Part shown: in pieces, positions 23,962-36,745 of the stretch
Numbering within the stretch: the first letter of the stretch is position 1
How the letters are laid out: the number at the start of each line of letters is the position of its first letter
From: Lama glama
Lineage: Eukaryota
Direction: 5' to 3'
Assembly: GCA_028534125.1 (NCBI GenBank)
Contig: CM052816.1
Coordinates: 43,030,001-43,094,000 of the forward strand
Length of the DNA stretch: 64,000 nt
Program-made: the position numbers and the translations under genes
Notes under the pieces: model-generated
Told to the model about the DNA's origin: nothing
Databases searched by the model: none
Seen by the model: only the letters and a program-made list of their open reading frames with translations

Positions 23962-24581
23962 TGTATTCATTATCTGTTGCTGCATGACAAATTATCAAAT
24001 CAAGCAGCATAAAACAATACTTATTTGTTATGTCAGTTCTATAGTCAGAAGTAGTTCGCCTGAGTTCTCTACTTAATGTCTTGCAAGGTTGAAATCGAGG
24101 TGTCAGCTGGACTGGGCTCTTAGCTGAAGGCTGGAGGGAACAATCTACTTCCAAGCTCCCTCCAGTTGGTAGTAGAAGTGACTCCCTTGTGGTTGTGGGA
24201 CTGAGGCCCCTTTGTCTTGCTGTTGACCAGTGACTGTTCTCAGCCCTTAAAGCTCTCAGGCCCTTGCCATATGGCCCCTTTCATCTCAGTGGCAGAGGAC
24301 CTCTGTCAACCTCTGTCATATACAAATCTGTCTGACTTTTCCTTCTGCAACTAGCCAGAGAAACTTCCTGCTTTTAAAGGGCTTATGTGATTTGGTTAAG
24401 CCCTCTTGGATAATCTGTCTTAAAGTTAACTGAGTAGTAACCTTAATAACATGTGCAGAACCCCTTTTGTCACGTAACATAATTATGGGAGTAACACCAG
24501 GGCATAAATATCATGGGGGACATCTTAAAATTCTGCTTACAAATCAATAAAAAATGTTAAAAAAAAATTCTGCTTACCGCA
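23962..24581 (-). mobile_element. MaLR LTR (MLT1-type)
   Basis: Starts TGtattcattatctgttgctgcatgacaaattatc; contains ggttgaaatcgaggtgtcagc and ggttgtgggactgagg; ends aaattctgcttaccgCA. Confidence 0.8.
24541..24563 (+). mobile_element. Ultra-truncated (23 nt) young L1 insertion
   Basis: AAATCAATAAAAAATGTTAAAAA is the exact 3' terminus of the L1s at 5621 and 58624. Perfect 14-bp TSD AAAATTCTGCTTAC (24527-24540, 24564-24577) at a TT/AAAA site. Confidence 0.9.
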
Positions 24582-25134
24582 GTATCGCTTACATGGGACG
24601 GACCCATGTATCTGCCTGTTTAATCAGCTCCTCTTAAGACTCTGATGCAGCTCACAAATTGAGTAAAGAGCTCTTGCTGAAACATGACCACAGCTGTCCT
24701 TGTGGATTATATCAAACCTCTTGAAGTTAGAAGTCTCAAAAGGGGAGGCAAAATGTTTGTATAAACAAGAAGTTAACTTCTAAGTTAAATCTGAGTCAAA
24801 TTGCTGTTGCAATATAAGTGATAAATGATCAGTTGTATTTCCAAGGTCTGGAGAACTTTCAAGTCTAGTTAGACTTGATAGACTTGATAGTTCTTCAAGT
24901 AGTAAGAACTATCTATATCTTTAACTCTGGATAAGACCCTGGGCTGCTTTACAGCTAGAAAGAATCATGTTCTGTTTTTACTTTTTTTTTTTTTTAACTA
25001 GAGGATGTTAAAAAATCAACCAGCTTATTTTGCATGTTTATATAAAATAACTATGTGATTGAAATGTTTGCATTTATAATAAATACTTTGGAATTTTACT
25101 TAGTAGCTGTTTTTCCCCCTTATTGGCTGCTAAG

Positions 25135-27740
25135 AAGATTTTTTTTTCCTTTTTTTTTTCTGGCTTCTTTCACTTAGCATGATTATTTGAGATTCATCCA
25201 CATTGCATGTATCAATCATTTATTTTTCTTTATTGCAAATGGTATTCTATTGTATGGATATCCAACAGCTTGTTTGTTCATTCACTTTTTGATGGACATT
25301 GGGTTGTGTCCAGATTTAAGCTGTTGTAAATATAGCTGCTGTGGACATTCAGATACACACCTTTATATAGACATAAGCTTTCAGTTCTTTTGGCTAAATG
25401 CCTGGTAATGAAATGACTGGATCATATGGTAAGTGTGTTTAACTTTTTAAGACATTATCAAACTGTTTTCCGAAGTTGTTTTAACATTTTTCATTCCCAC
25501 CAGCAACGCGTGAGAGTTCCAGCTCCTCCACGTCCTCATCAACAGTTGGTTTGGTCAATCTTAAATTTTAGCCACTCTAATAGGTGTCTCATGGTTTTAA
25601 TTTGCATTTCTGTAAAGATAAATGATGTTGAGCATCTTTACATATGCTTATTTGCCATCCATATATCTTTTCTGGTCAAGTGTCTGTTCAAATCTTTTGC
25701 CCACTTTTTTTTTTAATCAGATTAAAAAATTTCTATTGAGTTTTAAGGGTTCTTTATTTGTTCTGAATGCAAGTCCTTGATCAGATATATGAATTGCAAA
25801 TGTTTCTCCCCAGTATGTAGTTTGTCTTTTCATTCTTTTAAAATCGTATTTTGAAGAGTGAAAGTTTTAATTTTGATAAGGTCCAATATATCAATTTAAA
25901 AACATTTTATGTATCATGTTTTTGTTGATAGTTGTAGCTGTAAAATTTTTGCCTGACCCAAGTTTGCAAAGATTTTATCCTATGTTTTCTTCTAGAAGTT
26001 TTACAGTTTTAGATTCTACATTTTCTACATTTATGCCTTTGACTAATTTCTAGTTAATTTTGTGATACTGCATGTACAAGGTGGGAAATGAAGTTCCTTA
26101 TTTTGCATATGGGTATCCAATTGTTGCAGTACCATTGACTGAAAGATTTTGCTTTCTGCATTGAATTACCTTTCCTCCTCCCATAGTAGTTTTCCTTGGG
26201 AGTGTGGGTCTATATTTGGACTTGGTATTTTATTCTGTTGATCTATGTGTCTCTATTTTTATACCAATGCTATATTGTCTTGAATATGGTAAATTTATGG
26301 TAAGTCTTGAAATCAGACAGTGTTGGTCGTTTAACTTTTTTCCTCTTTTTCCAAGTTGTTTTGGCTATCGTAAGTCCTTTGCATTTTGATGTGAGTTTTA
26401 GATTTAGTTTGTCAATTTCTATAAAAATTTCTGCTGGTATTTTGATTGGGTTGTGTTAAATCTCTAAAGCAATTTGGGGAGAATTCTTAACACGGAGTCT
26501 TCTAACGCATGAAGTCTCAGTATGTCTATTAGTTCGGATTTTAAATTTCTCTCAGCATTGCATTACAGCTTTCAGTATTCAGGTCTTGCTCTTCTCTTGG
26601 CAGATTTATATCTAAATATTCTGTATTTTTGAGGTTGTTGTTTGTACTATTCTCTTTAAATTTCGTTTTGCTCTTGTTGAGAATATATGAAGACAACAAT
26701 AGATTTTTGTATTTTGATGTTGTATCCTAAAACTTTGCTAAATTCATATATTAGATCTCATAGTTTTTCTGTAGATTTATTGGATTTTCTTCATAGACAA
26801 TTATGTAATCTGTGAATAAAAACAATTTTGCTTCTTCCTTTCCACTCTAGATGCCTTTTCTTTTTTTATTGTGCTGACATGAACTTTCAGCAAAATACTG
26901 AATAAAAATCATGAGAGTGAACATCTTGTATTAATCCTGATCATAGGGGGAAAGCATTTAGTTTTTCATCATTATGATGTTAGCTGTTAAGTCGTTTCTT
27001 TCTTTCTCTCTTTTTCTTTCTCTTTCTATTTTTCTATCTTCCTCCCTTCCTCCCTCTCTTTCTCTCTCTCTTTCTCTCCCATATATCAAGTTGAGGGAGT
27101 TTCTTTTTATTTTTTATCAGGAAAAACTTGTTGGATTTTTGTCAGATGCTTTTTGGGCAGCCATTGAAATTATCATATGGGTTTTCTCTTTGAGTTTATT
27201 AATATAGTGAATTATACTGTTTGCTTTTTTAAAATGTCAAAACAACTTTGTATTCCTGGGGAAAGCCACACTTGATGTATTGATTTTTATATGTTGTTGG
27301 ATTTGATATGTTAAAATACTGTTTCAAACTTTTGCATCTATGCTCATGAGGCATACTGGTCTGTAGTTTTTTTTTTTTCTTGTAATACTTTTGTCTGGTT
27401 TGATATCAGGGAAATGTTGGCCTTTATAATTAGTTGGGAAGTACTTTCTCCTCCTCAGTTGTTTTTAGAAGACTTTTGTGTAGAATTCATTTTATTTTTT
27501 CTTTAATGTTAGAATTCACCAGTGAAGTCATCTGTGCCTTGAGTTTTGTTTGTGGGAAAGTTTTGGCAAATTCAACTAATTTACTAGCTATGGAGCTATT
27601 CAGGTTATCCGTTTCTTTTTGAAAGCTTTAGCAGTTTGTGTCTTTCAAGGAAATTGTCCAATTAAGTTGTCAGTTTTGATTGGAACTGTCATTCATAATA
27701 TTCTCTCAACATCTTTTTAGTATTTGTAGAATGTGTAATT
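25135..27740 (-). mobile_element. Old L1 ORF2 fragment (L1MB/MC age) containing a (TC)n-type microsatellite at ~26995-27080
   Basis: Continuous antisense ORF2-like sequence (cattcccaccagcaacg, gatgttgagcatcttt, ggggaaagcatttagt). Explains the ORFs at 25187-27622. Confidence 0.85.
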
Positions 27741-27741
27741 A

Positions 27742-28080
27742 TGCTACGAATGGGTTTTAAATATCTGCATTTATTAGTAAACGCAATAATAGTATTTACT
27801 TTCTGAGGCAAGGACAGATTATTATTACTTACAGCAATAACTATCCTGGCTTCCCTTTCCTTAACAGTTTCCCTTTCTTGGGGGATGAGAGTCAGAAGTC
27901 ACCCAACATATACTGGGGTCTGACCTGTAGGTGAGCAACTGCAAAAGCTTGAATCTGAGAACTTATGTAAATGTAGAACCCTCTATTCCTAAGAGAGGAG
28001 GAGAAAGAGAGAAACTTAATCTTCTCCTTGTAAACAAATTCTCCTTGGGAAGAGAGGGGAAGAAACTGTCTCAATGTTTA
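27742..28080. mobile_element. Possible LTR fragment
   Basis: Abrupt change after the L1; ctgaggcaaggacagattattattacttacagcaat loosely resembles 15450-15600. Confidence 0.3.
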
Positions 28081-30317
28081 TACCCTTTTGTTTGAACTAC
28101 TATATATTAGCAATTTCTTATAATTTACTTATTTTTAGTGTTATCTGTATATATATCTTTTCTGTCTCACTAGATCAGAAACTTTTAGAGAGCAGGGATA
28201 GCTGAAAAGGTACTTATTATAGTGTCTTATATATAGTATATTTTAATTAAGTATTTACTTGAATAATGGTGTGATCTTGCCTTTTTTTGAACTCTTCAAG
28301 CATGCATTGATTTTTCCATCCAACTAGATCATAAATTTCTTGAGGGTAGAGGCATGCCTTTTACTTCATTGTTTTCTTACAATTTGGTAAACTCTTGGCA
28401 TACTTTTTTTGAAACGAAGACTTACTAATTTATAGTGTTAACATAAGAGAATGCCATAGTGAAGAAAAATAGTATAATGTAAATTATAAAATGGTATCCT
28501 TTCATGAAGCCCTCTGTCTTTGGAATGCTATAGAGACACAGCCCATGAGCAGAAAGAAAATAGTGTTGTTCTTAAATAATTGCACAGATTCTACAAGGTG
28601 GTATAAATTTTTTATCATTCCCATTAATTTGCCTTTTAGCTAATGCAAAGTCTGTCACAGATGGGAATCTGATCTCTCTTTGGCTGCTTGCATCTTCTCC
28701 TTTTTGCTTTTCCTTTTCTAAATTCTGGAAACTATTAACTTTCTAAGCTTTGTCCTCAGTTCCATTTGGAAATGGGTGGTGAGTGGATCTCTCAGTACTC
28801 AGAGAAAAATGCTCTCAGCCTTCTGTGTATACCCGACTAGAACATCTATACACAGAACCCGCTGTTCCTTTACTAATAGTAACCATTATTCAGAGCATGA
28901 CTTTAAGAGGTTCTCATGTAAGAAGAAAGCCACCATCTCTGCTCTGCTTTATCTGAGAGGTTGGGCATGAGGAGCAAAGAAAAGAGCTGAGAAGAAAGGA
29001 GAATTGGGTGGTGCCACAGTGAAATAGTAGGCCACTCCTGTGAGACATGGGCAAATTCAAATCTGAGCTCGAATTGACCAGTTTCACCATAATATGAGCT
29101 TTCAATTTCTTTTTTCCCCCCTAAAACTAAAGAAATGCATCAAGTCCTTCCCTATGGCCTCTGAGGCTTCATGGGCCTGTCAGAGTCTGTTCAGGATGCA
29201 GAAAATACGTAGAAGGAATCTTAGCCACCTTTAGTCCAGAATCTCTCTCCTTACAGTTATCTAATCTCTTCTGTTTTGAATAGTCTAAAATTCCATTGTA
29301 TTTTCTAGTCCAGACTTACATAGTCATTTTGTCCAGAGTCTCAGAAAATGAAGTGTTCTTTCTTGATGACCTCATGTGGAAAATTACCTCACGTTGATCT
29401 CTTTCTTTGCTTCAAATTCATCTTTAAATCAGCATAGTTTGCAGTGAAATTGCTGTTTAATAGCAAGTTACTAGATTTTGGTGGATATTTGAAGTTTGTG
29501 TGTTGTGGGAAACTTACCTTTTTCTTCACGCTAAATATTTACACAATTCGCAAGTAAAAAGAAAAATCCCAAATCTGTAGAACTTAACAAAATCCTCATG
29601 GCAAGTAGAGTGAGGAGGCCCCAACAGCTGTTGAGTTTAAAAAAGAGGCGTCTTTGAGGGTGTGGTACATGGTGAGGGAGAGATTAGCTAATAGGGAGAG
29701 TTACTACAGGAAGCATTTGCTGTGGGCATATGGGCCACTGGCCAGATTCACTCTGAGGAAGACACAGCCTGCATGTGTCACACAGAGATTCTCATGCTGT
29801 TGGTTCTAGTGTGGCCACCGACAGAGTGTTCTTTGGTGTTGCTTTAGTGGACAGGAATGTTTTTTCAAGGCAGGAGGTGATAACTGAAAAGAGGAATTTG
29901 TCTTTCACTGAAACAGTTTTAAAAATGACAGAGTTGTGACATTCTACTCGAATCTATGTAACATATTTTCCTGAAGACAACAAATAAACGTGAACCCATT
30001 AATAATAAATAGACCTCAGACCCAGACTCTGGCCAGGAAAAAAGGGTGGAGAAAAGAGGGAGGGTGGAAAGGAGATGGAGAGTGGAGGAGACGCTGGAAA
30101 GGGAGGTTCCCATAGACACAAAGGAAAATGAAACAAGCCCCAGGAACAGAGCAAGGCACAGGTTTCCAGAAGAGAACAGCATGGAAGGCAGTAGCAATCA
30201 CTGTGAATTCTTAATGGAAATCTAAAGTGAAGTGCTAGGATAAAGCATTGGTTCTCACTTTGAACTTGGACCATTTACCACTATGCAATGCTGAGAGCTA
30301 ATGAATAGTGTAGGACA

Positions 30318-30318
<1 letters not shown>

Positions 30319-30350
<32 letters not shown>

Positions 30351-30390
30351 CGTATATTTTATATATATAGATATATCTATTTATATGTAT
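30319..30390. repeat. (TG)14 microsatellite followed by a TA-rich repeat
   Basis: TG x14 at 30319-30346. Confidence 0.95.
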
Positions 30391-30977
30391 ATCAGGTAAT
30401 GAATAAATTATCTTTCAACTGTCATATTTTTATAAGGATCTTTTAAAAATAGCGGCAAATATATAGCCTGTTAGGTGTTATTAATAGTAGGCTGAGTCCA
30501 TAGAGAATGCAGAGGGAACGTTACCATATAAAAGCTGCATTAGTCCACTGGTCTGAGATGCCTAGGAGCTATTTTTGCACATTTATCTGAGAAATGAGGA
30601 AAAGATTCTTCTCTTAAGCTAAAACACCCCCTGTAGTTGACTGGTTTAATGTTCAGATTTTAATGTATATTCTGTTTCCAGCAAAAGCCTTTTAATATGT
30701 TCCCCATCATCCAGGAACATGTTCTGATGCACATGCTAATTTATATATGGCAAAGAGGAAGCTGAAAATTCTCAATTGAGAAGTTAAAGACTTGAGCCTT
30801 TTATTTTAAACATTGGAATCAAAGAGGTGGTCAGGGAGAGGACACGTGACTGGGGACGTTGCAAAGGAAATTCATGCACCAGACACATGTCCTTGGATGA
30901 CGCCACTACAGTTCCATCCAATTTTTTAGAAACTGGTCAGTTGTGGAGTGTTTTCTGCACTTGTGATTATTATAAAG

Positions 30978-31230
30978 CAGTGGTTCTCAATTCTATCAGA
31001 AAATGTCTTCCTTTTTAAAATAACAGTTTGTAATGACTCACTTATTAATATGTTAAAATTTATAGCTTCAAAAATTAATATAATGTTCTTACTCTGTTAT
31101 AAAGGAGAAATAAGAGAAACGCAATCAACAGTAAAATTATACACACCCACATCTAAATACTTAATCACAACTATCCTTATTACCTCCAGATGCACCCAAG
31201 GGATGTGCTGCCCTCCTTGGATTTGGAACT
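30978..31230. mobile_element. hAT/Charlie-type non-autonomous element
   Basis: Starts CAGTGGTTCTCAA; possible degenerate opposite end ...ttggaactg. Confidence 0.45.
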
Positions 31231-32164
31231 GTTTTAATAAAGTAGCATTTCATACAACTATGCTTTGCTGGTTTGTCTTTGGCATTTTTCTTATTTTTCC
31301 TCTAATTTTTATCATTCTGTTTCCTTGCAATTCCTGACAAATGAGTGTAGGAATAAGAACGGCTGGATTTATGCCATCTACTTCTTCATGGTGATTTTAG
31401 CTGTGAATTTTGGACATAGATGACTCACCTGACACGCACACTTGGTGTGCTCTTTAGTCGTAAGTCCTGCACTTTTGTCTGAAGAAGCTCAGTACTGTTA
31501 CATCATAAAATTGTCAGTTTCTTCTGAGGCAATACGAAATGATAACAGTCCAAACATTTATAATGATGACATAGGACTTTTGTGATGTATCTAGATTCTT
31601 TATTTCCTGGCATTTTATTACCAAGATGTTTTCAGAAAAAAGTTACATTCTTTCCCCTAGGATGTTACTGATTAACAGAATACAAAATCTTCTCAAAGAT
31701 ACCTTTTGAGTTGAGGCAATATCATTATATTTATTGAAGTGAAATCTTTTGACCCAGGATGTCAAGTATTGCCCATAGTATATTATGATATTACAACATT
31801 TTATTGGGAACTTAAATTGTGTATTAATGCTTTAAATTAAAAATTAAGTAGTTTTAGTCATTTAATCTAGTAGAAAAGTAAGGATCAGATATGTACCTTG
31901 AAAACAAAAATTAAGAGTCAATTTGGAAAATTCGTTATGCAGTTAAAGAAAAAGGAAGTCATACTCATGTGCATGTAATTAATTTTAGGATGCAAGTTTA
32001 TAAAGATGTCATATTAAAATAAAATTTAAATTATAGCTTAAATATTCTGCTAATAAATTTTTCACTTTTAAAATACTACTGACCCCATTGGAAATTATTA
32101 AATAGGATCTGTTTTCCATCAAATGGCCAAATTAATGTACTTAGCTAAGAGGATGTCTGGCCTG

Positions 32165-32390
32165 GAGGTTAAAGCATATCCTCTGAAGGCCTGAATTCCA
32201 GGTCTGCCACTTATTAGCTGTGTAAACTTGGGCAAGTCACTTAACCTCTTTGGTTTAAAAAAAAATATATATATATAATATATAATATCCACCTTTCATG
32301 AAGTTGTTGTGAGATTAAATTGGTTAATGTGGGTAAAACACTGAGTTGTGCCTGGCACAGAGTAAATACAGGTATAGGTCAGTTTTATGA
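32165..32390 (+). mobile_element. MIR SINE
   Basis: tctgccacttattagctgtgtaaacttgggcaagtcacttaacctct ... gtgcctggcacagagtaa. Confidence 0.9.
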
Positions 32391-32531
32391 TTCTTATCAC
32401 ATGTGAGTGAGGCCAGCTGGACTCTGTTACCTGTCTGTGGACTGTTCATATCTGTCGCTAGATAGTTATCACTGTTCCCTTGAATGAATGGGCACAGCCC
32501 CCCTGTTTTGGCCCAGAGGTTCCCAGAATGG

Positions 32532-32900
32532 ATGTCCTTTTTAGGCTGGGCTCCCTAGAAGCTGACTTTGAAAGAATTTGTTTCTATGAATGTGATTTAT
32601 TCGGAAGTTTGCTCGGGAAACCTGGTAGGAGGTTGGGAAGGCAGGACCAGAAAGGAAGCAAGCCCAGCAAGGACATGATATCAAGCAAAGTCTCAGGACA
32701 GTAGCAGGGTGAGTCTTTTAGGGAGAAGGCCCTGGAGACAACACAGGTCACACCCTGGAGTGTCTGGTTCAGGACAGGGGAGCTGGTATGACCATATTCC
32801 CCCATCCCTTGGGCACTCATTTGTTAAGGGCTGCTCCAGGGAAACAGGAATTTCCAGGCACTTCAATCTCTGCCATGGGGGACGAAGAGGAAGAATTTTG
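32532..32900 (-). mobile_element. ERVL-class LTR, LTR33-like
   Basis: TGtcctttttaggctgggctccctagaagctgac...tttatt (minus-strand polyA signal)...catttgttaagggctgctcc. Confidence 0.6.
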
Positions 32901-33229
32901 GTCTGGATTATTGGAGATACTAGGTACTGTTGTTCAAGGCTGTAGAAAGTATTAGGTTTCTCTGTCCATAATGAAGGAGTTGACAACTTTCATCTTGCTT
33001 CATGAATGTTGGATACTTCTGAAGTGCCTGTGTGGTTTGCTTTTCAAATGGATTCTGGAAAAAAAAAAAGAGCAGATAATACCATTTAGTACTTCAAAAG
33101 TCTGTTTAATTTGGTTGATTAGTCTTACCCTAAGTGTACAAAGAAATGTTCATCCCAGAGTTTACAATGGTGCCAGGAATCTTGGTTCACACATAAGGAA
33201 GGAGTAGAGACTTCTATCAGTGAAGTCAT

Positions 33230-33410
33230 ATTATGTGCTAGAGACTGTGTGATAGTCTCCTAAAGATACTGCATCTAGTCCTTATCTACGTGTGGGTAAG
33301 TTAGGCATTATCCTAATTTTGAGTCTAGGAAAATGGAAGTTCAGAGAGGCTTTATGCTCAAAGTTGCACAGAACTAGAATTAAAATTGAAGCTAAAGCGT
33401 GCTCTCTTTG
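33230..33410 (-). mobile_element. MIR fragment
   Basis: attatcctaattttgagtctaggaaaatggaagttcagagagg...ctcaaagttgcacag. Confidence 0.55.
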
Positions 33411-35359
33411 CTAGTTTCTATTACAGAGGAAGTAGGGAAAAGCTTTATATTCTGATTTTAGGTTGATATCCAGAGACACAGAATTTTCTGTCTTCGAATC
33501 ATAATGGCTTTTTAGTGTTTACTGAACTGTGAGGGAATAGGGAGTATTTATGTGTGCTGTGTGTATGTCTGAGAGAAAGATGCCGGGGGAAGAGAATTAT
33601 ACTTGACAGTTGTTAATAAATTTTATTTCTCTGAGCCCTGAAAAGGACAATGATAAGTTGTAGAGCACTGCTTGGAAGTGCCCACCTTTTTGTTCACTGT
33701 GGCATAAACATAGTCATTGCTTTCCCTTGTTAAGAAGACACACTCTTTGGACGTGAGAAACAGTAACTCTGGGTAAAGGATTAAGAAAAAAATGCATTTA
33801 TCTCATTCTTCTACTTTCTCAGAAGCAGTGTAAGGCTTGTGCCTTCATTTAGGCCAATCTATGTGCACCTAAAATTGTGTTGATTTAGGGTCATTGACTT
33901 CTTAGTTGGAATTGGTTTTAGACAATTATTTAAATACAGAGAAGTTGGACTATGGACTGATGCTTTGGATGCTTCAGACTACTAGACACTATTTGCTAAT
34001 AGTTGGATCTAAACAGCCCCATAGATGTTGACAAAGCAAAAATGAATCTTGCAGGTTCTTTTGGTTTTATCAGGAAGATGTCTGGAAGACCATGTCTGAG
34101 GGGTGTGAATTGCTGTTGTGGAGCATAGAAATCTTACCCCAGGCATGAGTTATTCACCTCCCTTCAGCCTAGCAGTTACGTGGTTATTCTGGGTTCCGCT
34201 GTGATTGGAGAGTAAAATTTCATTACATGCTCCTTCCAATAGCTGATGCTTACTTCACCAGAGCCATTGCATCTCTCATGTTAAAGATCAGAGATCAAAA
34301 TTTCTCTGTTTGTAATGTATTTCCTGAGGTTTACACATGATTTCCTGCTATTTAGATGTATTTCTTTGAAATATTTTCAAATTGCCTCATTGTTTGCTAT
34401 GAAAAAAAAGAGAAAAACAGAAATATGTTTCTATTCAAGCTGATCATAAATGTTTGAGATGATTGTTAAAAATTTACAAATGCATGGTTTTTCAGTAAAG
34501 TACAGGGAATGGCTTAGAGACTTGAAGTGAATTTTAGAGTTAGGCTCAAGTTAACTTTGAAGAGGAACTGTAATTTTCTACTGTGATGCTTGAAGAAAAT
34601 TCCTTCTAATTGTTGTAGTGTTGGATATTCCTTTCACTTAATCCCCTAGTTAGTTATTTTTTCACCAAATTTAGACTTCCTGTTATTTGCAATAATTTGT
34701 TCAGTTTCTAGAAATATGCAAGAGATACTTGTGTGGAATCATCAACATTTAAATAACTGATGAAATTATTAATGTCCCTGATTAACAATGACAACTAACA
34801 GTGAGCCACTTGCTAAGCAAAAACTAGCTAGTTCCTCCCCCTTAAGGGTTAAATGAATAGTTGATTGTCTGATGTGATTTACTATATTAAAGAGCACGAA
34901 TTTATATTAATTACATACTTTTAAAATGTGACATAAGAGACATAAACATTTTTACTGTGACTGAAATATTTAAAGGGGTCCGTCCTGAAGTGATTACTTT
35001 AACTGGTTCTAAAATTACAGCTTTAAAAAAAAGTGAAGGCCTTTGTAGAAAAAAGAGAACACTTCAAGTTTACTTTTTATCATTTCATGAACATTTTTCA
35101 CTTTGCCTTGCATTTTGTGATATTATAAACAAAGAAATTCCTGTAGTACCACATGTCGTAAAACCATGAAGCAGAATTCTTTAGAAGCTGAGAAAAATCA
35201 GGAAATTTTGTTCAGGTACCAAGCTCAAAGAAACTGTGTTGAATAAAGAGTTGAGAATCAATGTTTATTTTGTTAACCAAGAACTAATGTTAAAAGGATC
35301 TTTAAAATTACCAAGCTTTAAATATTAAAATGATTCTTAATTTAAACTAGTAATCTTCC

Positions 35360-35700
35360 AGAATCTACCCTCTCTTTCTTATTCAGTTATAGACATACTA
35401 GAACCTTGCACATGGATGTTTGGAATAAAGACCTTATTTTCCAGTCGGTTTGCAGCTAAATGTGGCCATAAGACTATCTCTTGGCCAGTGGGCTGCACAG
35501 CTGACAGTTAGAATGCAAGCAACCATCTTGGACTGCAATGTCCAAACTTCATGCTGAAGATGACAAAGCAACAAGGTAGATGAAGCCTGGGTGCTTGACA
35601 TTGTGGATGTCATACTAGACGTGGTTCAATGACTTCTAGTCTTTTTCCTTTTTTGATGGAGAGAAATAAACTATTGTGTTTAATCAACTTATTTTTAGTG
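35360..35700 (+). mobile_element. Old MaLR LTR (MLT1J/K-like)
   Basis: aaatgtggccataagact, gcaaccatcttgga, gaagcctgggtgcttga, gagagaaataaac. Confidence 0.6.
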
Positions 35701-35769
35701 ACTGGATTTAGATCCTTTTTTAGGGCCCAGGGATATTGAAGTTAACCTCAATAGATACATCAAATTATT

Positions 35770-35990
35770 ATTTTTCTTAATTTAAGTACAGGTTTTTTTT
35801 TTACAATGTTGTTAGTTTCTGGTGTACAGCATGTTGATTCAGTTATACAAATACATATACCTATTCATTATAGGATATTAAAAGATAACTAATGTAGTTC
35901 CCTATGCCATACATTAGAATCTTGTTTATCTATTTTATAAATAGTAGATTGTATCTGCCAATACCAAACTCCTAATTTATCTCTCTCCTG
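35770..35990 (-). mobile_element. L1 3' end fragment
   Basis: ttacaatgttgttagtttctggtgtacagcatgttgattcagttatac...ccaaactcctaatttatc. Confidence 0.8.
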
Positions 35991-36199
35991 TCAAGTTATT
36001 TTTCTTTTTGATCACTTGTAAGGTGATTTTCTGATTCCTCAATATAATAAAGTTCCAAAGGCATGTACTCAGATCAACAAGGGCATTGAAGTCCCATCTT
36101 AAAATAAGACCTCATGTGTCAGACCTCAGTGATTGGAGAACTCAGTTGGGTGAAACAGGTGAATGGGCCTGGCTCCTGGGAAAAAAAAAAGAAATAGTA

Positions 36200-36745
36200 G
36201 AACCGAAAAGATACATGCACCCCATTGTTCACAGCAGCACTATTTACAATAGCCAAGAGATGGAAACAACCTAAATGTGTGTTGTTGGATAAAGAAGCTG
36301 TGGTATATAATGGAATACTACTCAGCCATAGAAAGAATAAAATAATACCATTTGCAGCAACATGGATGGACCTGGAGATTGTAATTCTAAGTGAAGTAAG
36401 CCAGAAAGAGAAAGAAAAATACCATGTGATACCACTTATATGTGGAATCTAAACAAAAAAAAATGACATGAATGAACTTATTTAAAAAATAGAAACAGAC
36501 TCACAGACATAGAAAATAAACTTGTGGTTACCAGAGGGGAAAGGAGAGGGGAAGGGATAACTCCGAGTTGGAGATTTGCAGACTACTATATTTTAGGTAA
36601 ACAATTTCTTCTGTATAGCACAGGGAACTATATTCAATATCTTGTAGTAACCTATGAGGAAAAACATTATGCCGTACAACAGAAATTGACACAATGTTAT
36701 AAACTGACTCTACTTCAAAAAAATAAAAATAAAAATAAAAAAAAA
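36200..36745 (+). mobile_element. 5'-truncated L1 (ORF2 C-terminus + 3' UTR + A tail), sense orientation
   Basis: ORF 36225-36452 MFTAALFTIAKRWKQPKC...[31 protein letters not shown] is the L1 ORF2p C-terminus; (AAAAAT)n tail. Confidence 0.9.
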
